From positions 25,100 to 89,099 of the forward strand of contig JAJNNC010000007.1 of the NCBI GenBank assembly GCA_021730635.1: a DNA stretch of 64,000 nucleotides, written 5' to 3'. The notes beneath the pieces are model-generated. The model had not been told where the DNA came from. It ran no database searches and saw only the letters and a program-made list of their open reading frames with translations. This stretch comes from Catalimonadaceae bacterium JC749. GTDB taxonomy: Bacteria; Bacteroidota; Bacteroidia; Cytophagales; Cyclobacteriaceae. Below, one piece after another: positions 57,869 to 64,000 of the stretch. Positions within the stretch are counted from its first letter, which is position 1; every line of letters begins with the position of its first letter. Position numbers and translations under genes: made by a program.

Positions 57869-60067
57869 TCAGATAAGTTTCTCCGGTTTGATAGGCAACT
57901 GTCGGACACGTTTGCCACAAGCGCGATAGACAGCATTGGCAATGGCCGCTGATGAAGGTCCCTGTGCTGCCTCTCCTGCTCCTACGGGTGGTTCTTCCGG
58001 ACGGGCAATGACAGCCACTTCTACGCTTGGCACCTCACTAAAGCGTAACATGGGATAGCTGTTCCAATCCAGGCTACTGACATGCTGTTTGTCAAACTGT
58101 ACTTCTTCTTTCAGGGTCCAGCTGGCAGATTGGATCATGCCCCCTTCCGTTTGGTTTTTAATGCCGTCCAGGTTAATCACTTCTCCTGCATCGATGGCAG
58201 CCCACATATTTTTTACACGCACTCCTCCATTTTGCGTGTCAACAGCCACCAGGGCAGCCACTGCACAGTAGGAGTCTTCATTTTTATAGCGGGAAAAGGC
58301 ATAGCCCATCCCTTCATGATCGGCCGTTTTCTGATCTTTTGTCATTTCCTGTAACTTTCTGATCACGGCGATGGCTCTGGGATCTTCCTGATGATCCAGG
58401 CGAAATGTCAGAGGATCTTTTCCGGCTTTTTCTGCCAACTCGTCCATAAAGGATTCTATGGCAAAAATATTAGCATAGGCACCCAGGCTTCGCAGCGAAG
58501 ACACCCGTAGCGGCCCTTCAAAAAAATGAGCATCAATCCGGAGGTTAGGAATACTGTAGTAAGGCTGGGAATTACGGTAGCCACCACCCAGATACCCTGC
58601 CGACTGCCTGGGAAAAGGTTTCTCCAGATAATGGGCTGTGACCAGGTTGCCCGGATCACCACCCGGCCGTGTACTGTGGGAGTCAGACCATAGGGTACAG
58701 CGCCAGTGCTGTATCTTTCCGGCTGCATCCAACTGTGCCTCCATGGCCATTTGCATAGCGCTGCCATAAGGTTCCCACCCATGTTCGTCTTCCCTGGACC
58801 ATTGCAGGCGCACATGTTTACCCGGATAAGCCATAGCCAGCAGCGCCGCTTCCGCAGCCGCATCGTCGGCTCCGTTATGTCCATAACAGCCCGAACCGGG
58901 CACTCCTTTGATATGAATCTGCTCAATGGCTAACCCCAGCATTTTCTGTATGGCTTCCCGCAGCGGATATACTCCCTGGCTATGCGACCAGATATCCAGT
59001 TTTCCATTGTCATACAAAGCGACTGCACAGGAAGGGCCAATGGCCCCATGCATAATATAAGGTTTGAAATAGGTAGCCTTCACAGTAGTACCCTTATCGG
59101 AGGGAGCGGTGTTTCCTTTGTCTTCTACCTGTTCTGAAGTCACAGGCAAAGCCTGAAGATGCTCCTGTAAGGAGGTTTCTGACGGGAGTGCTGTGGGCGT
59201 CGACCATTGGGCCTGTTTTCGCAAAGCTTCCGCCGCTCTGATGGCCTGGTATTCATCGGCGGCGATGACCCCCAGAAAGCTGCCATTGGCTACTACTTTC
59301 AGCACATCAGGCACCGCTTCCTTCACAGCTTCTTCCTCAAATTTTACTAAAGTGGCCTCATATGCTGGCGGATGCACCACCCGAGCATGCACCATCCCCG
59401 GAAAACGCAGGTCCTGCACATACACCTGTTCGCCCCGAATCATAGTCTCAATATCCGGACGATGGACGGCTTTGCCTACCCAGCGATATTCTTTTTTCGG
59501 TTTTAGCCTGACAGGCATACGCACCTCATCTTCTATTTGCCTGCCCTCCAGAATTTCAGCGAAAGTGAGTTGCTGATTGCCTTCCATGACGACGCCATTC
59601 TTTAGCTGAAGCTGCGCCGGATTGGCAGATAATTTCTCGGCTGCCAGTGCCAGCAGCTTTTCACGAGCAGCCGCCGCTGCATAACGCACGGCAATAGCAC
59701 TGTTCTCAACTGAAGCGCTACCAGCCGTATAGCCTTCGTTGGGTGTACGACCTGTTTCTGCCACTACTACTTCCACCTGATCCATCTCCATGTAGAGTTC
59801 TTCCGCTGCCATCTGTGCTACCGCTGTACGAATGCCCTGCCCGAGTTCCAGTTTACCGGTCAGGACACGCACTTTGCCGTCGTCCAGCACTTCCAGCCAC
59901 GCATTAATCTTGGGATAGGCCCGCAAGCTGCCAGGTAAATCTTCTTGTACGGGAACCTCTCCGGTAGCCGACCAGCAACTGCTTAATAAAGGAAACCCAA
60001 TGGTCAGGCAACCGGTGGTTTTTAGAAAATTTCTTCTGGAAACAGGTAAAGAGGAGGTGGGCTTCAT
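57869..60067 (-). CDS. Xanthine dehydrogenase-family molybdopterin-binding subunit (IorB/aldehyde oxidoreductase large subunit) with Tat signal
   Basis: MKPTSSLPVSRRNFLKTTGCLTIGF is Tat-like. 732 aa, Mo-co binding family-like. Adjacent 2Fe-2S subunit. Confidence 0.8.
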   Translation of the reverse strand: MKPTSSLPVSRRNFLKTTGCLTIGFPLLSSCWSATGEVPVQEDLPGSLRAYPKINAWLEVLDDGKVRVLTGKLELGQGIRTAVAQMAAEELYMEMDQVEVVVAETGRTPNEGYTAGSASVENSAIAVRYAAAAAREKLLALAAEKLSANPAQLQLKNGVVMEGNQQLTFAEILEGRQIEDEVRMPVRLKPKKEYRWVGKAVHRPDIETMIRGEQVYVQDLRFPGMVHARVVHPPAYEATLVKFEEEAVKEAVPDVLKVVANGSFLGVIAADEYQAIRAAEALRKQAQWSTPTALPSETSLQEHLQALPVTSEQVEDKGNTAPSDKGTTVKATYFKPYIMHGAIGPSCAVALYDNGKLDIWSHSQGVYPLREAIQKMLGLAIEQIHIKGVPGSGCYGHNGADDAAAEAALLAMAYPGKHVRLQWSREDEHGWEPYGSAMQMAMEAQLDAAGKIQHWRCTLWSDSHSTRPGGDPGNLVTAHYLEKPFPRQSAGYLGGGYRNSQPYYSIPNLRIDAHFFEGPLRVSSLRSLGAYANIFAIESFMDELAEKAGKDPLTFRLDHQEDPRAIAVIRKLQEMTKDQKTADHEGMGYAFSRYKNEDSYCAVAALVAVDTQNGGVRVKNMWAAIDAGEVINLDGIKNQTEGGMIQSASWTLKEEVQFDKQHVSSLDWNSYPMLRFSEVPSVEVAVIARPEEPPVGAGEAAQGPSSAAIANAVYRACGKRVRQLPIKPEKLI

Positions 60068-60080
60068 ACACGATTCATTT

Positions 60081-60554
60081 TTAAGGATTCATACTGGCGG
60101 CTGCCCGCCGGATAGCTTTAATGACCCGGGTCTGGGTACCACAACGGCAGAGATTAGGTTGAAGGCTTTGCCGGATATCTTCTTCCTCCGGATCCTGATT
60201 TTCCTGCAGCAAGGCTACGGCGGATATGACCATACCGTTTTGGCAATAACCACACTGAGGAGTCTGCTCTTCTACAAAAGCCTGTTGTACCGGATGCAAT
60301 GTTCCATCTTTCTGAACCAATCCTTCCAGGGTAATGATGGTATTACGCTGTACGGACGAGGCTGGGATCAGGCAGCTGGGTGTTGCCTTTCCATCGACCA
60401 GCACCATGCAGGAGCCACATTGCCCCAATCCACAGCCGTATTTTGGCCCGTTGAGCGCTAACTGGTTACGCAAAATATATAACAGGGGCGTAGCCGGGTC
60501 TGCTGTTATGGTGTGTTTTTGCCCGTTGACATTCAGTGTGACAGACTGCTTCAT
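60081..60554 (-). CDS. (2Fe-2S)-binding small subunit of molybdo-oxidoreductase (IorA-like)
   Basis: CGLGQCGSCMV and CGYCQNGMV cysteine motifs. 157 aa. Confidence 0.85.
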   Translation of the reverse strand: MKQSVTLNVNGQKHTITADPATPLLYILRNQLALNGPKYGCGLGQCGSCMVLVDGKATPSCLIPASSVQRNTIITLEGLVQKDGTLHPVQQAFVEEQTPQCGYCQNGMVISAVALLQENQDPEEEDIRQSLQPNLCRCGTQTRVIKAIRRAAASMNP

Positions 60555-60733
60555 GGTTGGTAGTGTCTAGTCGCTAATAACAAGAATTGAATTTTTTAAA
60601 AATTACGAGGATTCGTGAAGCTTTGCAAATAATAGCTTCTCTAGAAAAAATAAATACAAATTTTTGCGCTCATGGTGTAACATAATTGTAAAGATTTTTT
60701 ATTTGTACTACATTTATGATACAAATCAAAACC

Positions 60734-61072
60734 ATGAAAGGTACTTATTTAGGTGAATTAGAAGAACTCATTCTTCTCACCGTTGCTGCGCTCTATGATA
60801 AAGCGTATGGTGTATCCATCGTAGAAGAAATAGAAACCAGAACAGACCGCAAACTGAGCTTAGGGGCTGTCTATACGGTTTTGCTACGCTTGGAGGAAAA
60901 AGGGTTTGTCAACGCACGAGAAGGAGAAGCCACTAAAAGCAGGGGTGGCAGAAGAAAGAAGCTATACACTTTGACAGCCAGTGGTGAACAAGCCTTAAGA
61001 ATTGCACAGGATATCAGAATGAGCTTATGGAACGCCATACCACAAGCCGCTTTTCCCAGTCATATCGCATGA
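60734..61072 (+). CDS. PadR-family transcriptional regulator
   Basis: LILLTVAALYDKAYGVSIVEEIE...LSLGAVYTVLLRLEEKGFVNAREGE...KLYTLTASGEQAL. Alternative ATG at 60716. Confidence 0.8.
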   Translation: MKGTYLGELEELILLTVAALYDKAYGVSIVEEIETRTDRKLSLGAVYTVLLRLEEKGFVNAREGEATKSRGGRRKKLYTLTASGEQALRIAQDIRMSLWNAIPQAAFPSHIA

Positions 61073-63711
61073 AAAAAAAGCCATCATCGCCAAAACCTCC
61101 TCGCCTGGGACGCTTCATGTTGAAAAATATCATCAGGCCAGAAATCGCCGAATATCTGGAGGGTGATTTAGAGGAGATTTTTTATCGTAAATATCAAACG
61201 CATGGACTGCTGAAAGCGAGGCTCCGGTACCTATTTGAGATTTTACTACTACTTCGTCCCAAGCTAATACGCAAACCCTTCAAGACTCACTCATTCATTC
61301 ATTTTCCTATGAACCCTATCAGGCAAACCTTACTTTCAGTGCTTCGCCGCGCCAAAAAACAACCTTTCACGGCAGGTATTCAGCTTCTTGGTCTGATGAT
61401 CAGTTTTGTTTGTGCCATCCTGATTGGTTTACATGTAGTGTTTCATTTTTCCTTCGATCAGTCTATTCCCAATGCAGATCAGACTTACAGGGTGGTGGTT
61501 GACAGAAACTACGTAAAAGGAGAGACACTTTCCTATGCCACTACGCCTTTTCCGCTAGCAGAAGCTATCGAGCAAGAGTTCTCTGCTGTGAAAAGGTCTA
61601 CCCAAATCTTCTCCTCGCATTTGATACAGGAGCAAGCCATGCTGACTGTCAACGACCAGCCATATTACGAAGACAGGCTCTTCTTTGTGGAGAAAAATAT
61701 GCCCTCTTTCTTCGGATTGGAATTTGTTCGGAAAGACATTGGGAATGATTTTGACGGGTATACCGCGCTGCTAAGCGAGAGTACTGCTGAAAAGTATTTT
61801 GCCCGTGAAAATCCCTTAGGAAAAACGATACTATTGGGAGATAGCATTGCAGTAACTGTAAAAGGAGTGTACAAAGACATGCCGGCCAATGCTCACCTTC
61901 ATCTACCCATGCTGCTGTCCATGGATGTGCTTGATGCAGTGGTAGGGATTTTATCAACTTACTGGGGATGGGACCTGGCTTATACCTATATACAATTATC
62001 CGAAAATGCCGAACCTGAACAGCTAGCTGCTCAGTTTGACAAAATATTTGATAAGTATACAGCTGATTATGCTGAAAGGAGAGGCTATACCTATTCAGCA
62101 AGCCTACAGCCCCTCACGGATATTCACCTCAAGTCGGATCGCTTATGGGAATTATTTCCCGGAGAAAACCTTAATAATTTGTATCTGCTCTCCTTTGTGT
62201 CTGTGCTGATGCTCGCCATTGCTATGGTTAATTATATCAATCTTTTTACAGCACAAGTATTCCGGCAGGTCAAAGCGATCGGTATGAGAAAAATTTTAGG
62301 TGCTGGCCCCCTTTCTCTTCTATTTCAATTTTTGACAGAAATCAGTATGCAGATCATACTGGTGTGGATACTTTCCTGGGGGATCGTTTACTATTGGGTA
62401 CCTAAGCTTTCTTCTTTCACAGATATAACTACAGATGCCTATTTTGGAAAGCCGATGTTTGTGGTTTGGACAGGTTCCATACTGATGGGAATCATTATTA
62501 TCCTTTTTGTTTCTGTATATATCTTTTTTCTTGTCAGACCTGTCAATCCACGCGTATTACTGAACCGCCATGCAGCGAGCACTTACCGTTTAGGAACCTT
62601 CAGTAAATGCTTGTTGGTATGTCAGTTTGCAGTAGCTATTTTTCTTACACTCGGAACTACTACCATTTACCAGCAAATCAAGCTGCTGCAATCTCATGCT
62701 TTAGGCTTTAACAAAGATCATGTACTGGTATTTTCACTGAATGATGCTGAGCTGGCGCAGATTGATGCACTTAAACATGCGCTCTTAAATAAGACCTACA
62801 TACATGCGGTTTCTGCTACTTCTGCCTATCCCGGAGGAAGGTCTGAACGGATGCGAATGCGAGCGATAGGAAGTCCGGAGTTTGTGCCTGTGAACCTTCT
62901 CTGGGTAGATCATGATTTTGTCAAAACCCTGGAAATACCTTTGATAGAAGGAAGGGATTTTTCAAAAGAATATTCCACAGATGAAAATATGGCTTTTTTA
63001 GTGAACAAGGCAGCCCTGAAGGCGTTCGGTTTGCATCCGGATGAACAACCAGAAATTGAATGGCCTACGGCCCTGGGTTTGTTTAAGGGAAAAATAGTAG
63101 GTGTCATGGATGATTTTCATTTTGCCTCCCTTCATCAAAACATCGAGCCCCTGGTATTAACCATAGATACCAGATACAATTATTTGCTGGTGAGAATCGA
63201 TGGTCAGGATGTACAGGAAGCCATCGCTTACGTGGAAGAAGTTTTTCAGTCTATCATTCCTGAGCAGCTCTTTCATTACCAGTGGCTGGATCAGTCCTTA
63301 GCGAATCAATACAATAAAGAAAGGAAAATCAGCCAGCTTCTGCAGGGATTTACGTTCTTAGCGTTTATCATAGCCATTGTTGGGTTGATAGCTTTAACAG
63401 AAGTACTGATAGAAAACAGAATAAAAGAGATGGGTATCAGAAAAGTATTGGGTGCCAGTGTTATACAGATTTTGGTACTGGTCAACAAGCAATTTATCTA
63501 TTTACTTATCCTTGCCCTGGTGATTGCCATACCGGTATCTTTATGGTTCCTGAATGGATGGCTGGAGCAGTATGTGTATCGCGTAGCCATAGGACTACCT
63601 ATGATACTATTGATTTGTGCTATCAGCCTGATCCTCATATTAGCGACCATTAGCCTGAAAAGTCTCAAAGCTGCCCTGGAGAACCCGGTCAAAGCCCTTA
63701 GAAATGAATAG
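61069..63711 (+). CDS. ABC-transporter permease, MacB/FtsX-like with two FtsX domains (~880 aa)
   Basis: Start ATG overlaps the PadR TGA (ATGA). Typical PadR-associated N-terminus (PRLGRFMLKNIIRPEIAEYLEGDLEEIF) and two 4-TM FtsX modules. Confidence 0.8.
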   Translation: MKKKPSSPKPPRLGRFMLKNIIRPEIAEYLEGDLEEIFYRKYQTHGLLKARLRYLFEILLLLRPKLIRKPFKTHSFIHFPMNPIRQTLLSVLRRAKKQPFTAGIQLLGLMISFVCAILIGLHVVFHFSFDQSIPNADQTYRVVVDRNYVKGETLSYATTPFPLAEAIEQEFSAVKRSTQIFSSHLIQEQAMLTVNDQPYYEDRLFFVEKNMPSFFGLEFVRKDIGNDFDGYTALLSESTAEKYFARENPLGKTILLGDSIAVTVKGVYKDMPANAHLHLPMLLSMDVLDAVVGILSTYWGWDLAYTYIQLSENAEPEQLAAQFDKIFDKYTADYAERRGYTYSASLQPLTDIHLKSDRLWELFPGENLNNLYLLSFVSVLMLAIAMVNYINLFTAQVFRQVKAIGMRKILGAGPLSLLFQFLTEISMQIILVWILSWGIVYYWVPKLSSFTDITTDAYFGKPMFVVWTGSILMGIIIILFVSVYIFFLVRPVNPRVLLNRHAASTYRLGTFSKCLLVCQFAVAIFLTLGTTTIYQQIKLLQSHALGFNKDHVLVFSLNDAELAQIDALKHALLNKTYIHAVSATSAYPGGRSERMRMRAIGSPEFVPVNLLWVDHDFVKTLEIPLIEGRDFSKEYSTDENMAFLVNKAALKAFGLHPDEQPEIEWPTALGLFKGKIVGVMDDFHFASLHQNIEPLVLTIDTRYNYLLVRIDGQDVQEAIAYVEEVFQSIIPEQLFHYQWLDQSLANQYNKERKISQLLQGFTFLAFIIAIVGLIALTEVLIENRIKEMGIRKVLGASVIQILVLVNKQFIYLLILALVIAIPVSLWFLNGWLEQYVYRVAIGLPMILLICAISLILILATISLKSLKAALENPVKALRNE

Positions 63712-63773
63712 TCATGTGTTAGCTAACCACTCCCTGGTGAAATGACCCTTTTCTCAAGGATATCACCATTGGC

Positions 63774-64000
63774 TCACTTATCGTTTTTGGGTGGGCCTAT
63801 GGGAAAAGGGCTGCCCCCATAGAACTTAACCTCTGTGATATCAGAGGGAAGGCTGTACCCTTCGGCCAGCAGGCGCTGCTTCACCAGCCGGATGACCAGC
63901 CCTTTGGTTTCCAGGGCACCTTTGCGATAGTCGTCCGTATCTACCCAAAAAAACACCCTAAGATTGACCGTACTGGCTGCCAGTTCGTCTGTGACCACAA
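63774..64000 (-). CDS. C-terminal fragment of a mechanosensitive channel (MscS-like) protein; gene continues past window end
   Basis: ...NLRVFFWVDTDDYRKGALETKGLVIRLVKQRLLAEGYSLPSDITEVKF... resembles the MscS C-terminal domain. Confidence 0.55.
   Translation of the reverse strand, partial: VVTDELAASTVNLRVFFWVDTDDYRKGALETKGLVIRLVKQRLLAEGYSLPSDITEVKFYGGSPFPIGPPKNDK

Overview
The window is a 64 kb chromosomal segment that looks like a Bacteroidota (Cytophagia/Sphingobacteriia-type) genome. This is inferred from a PSCyt/DUF1549/DUF1553 + DUF1501 gene pair, a GH3-family protein, a PadR–FtsX permease pair, a TAnnTTTG-like promoter box, about 45% GC, and start-codon usage. Most of the window is housekeeping or accessory metabolism. 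On the minus strand this includes the hemA 5' end, acs–actP, a tryptophanase/tyrosine phenol-lyase, an IorAB-type molybdo-oxidoreductase, a TlpA/BNR/DUF3347 cluster, GNAT and a hybrid sensor kinase. Two regions stand out.

(1) 1.0–19.1 kb carries a plus-strand operon. It encodes a predicted outer-membrane beta-barrel, then three tightly coupled giant secreted proteins of 1541 aa, about 700 aa (fibronectin-III repeats) and 1701 aa. The last has a central HExxH zincin motif and an AT-rich C-terminal domain. Directly after it comes a tandem array of nine small (125–153 aa) AT-rich paralogous genes. The array contains a 1.35 kb segmental duplication that includes a decayed copy of the last ~25 codons of the giant gene fused to a paralog. 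This is the 'toxin C-terminal tip plus immunity' orphan-module signature of polymorphic toxin systems (CDI/Rhs-like). None of the proteins resembles CdiA, Rhs, a T6SS or T9SS signal, so this is a candidate undescribed contact-dependent toxin/immunity system.

(2) 25.9–35.3 kb carries a minus-strand operon encoding a YbjN-like protein, PspA/IM30 (ESCRT-III superfamily), a YqiJ/NfeD-like membrane protein, a flotillin (SPFH) protein with a long EA-rich coiled coil, and a 1642-aa protein with a MoxR-type AAA+ module near its C-terminus. An XRE-HTH regulator with a serine-less S24-like domain is transcribed divergently. This suggests a membrane-stress or membrane-remodelling module with a dedicated giant ATPase.

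Other notable features are an inverted array of degenerate 8-mer (GAyTGAAG) repeats between convergent genes and a PSCyt/DUF1501 trio with an LRR-containing membrane cytochrome c.
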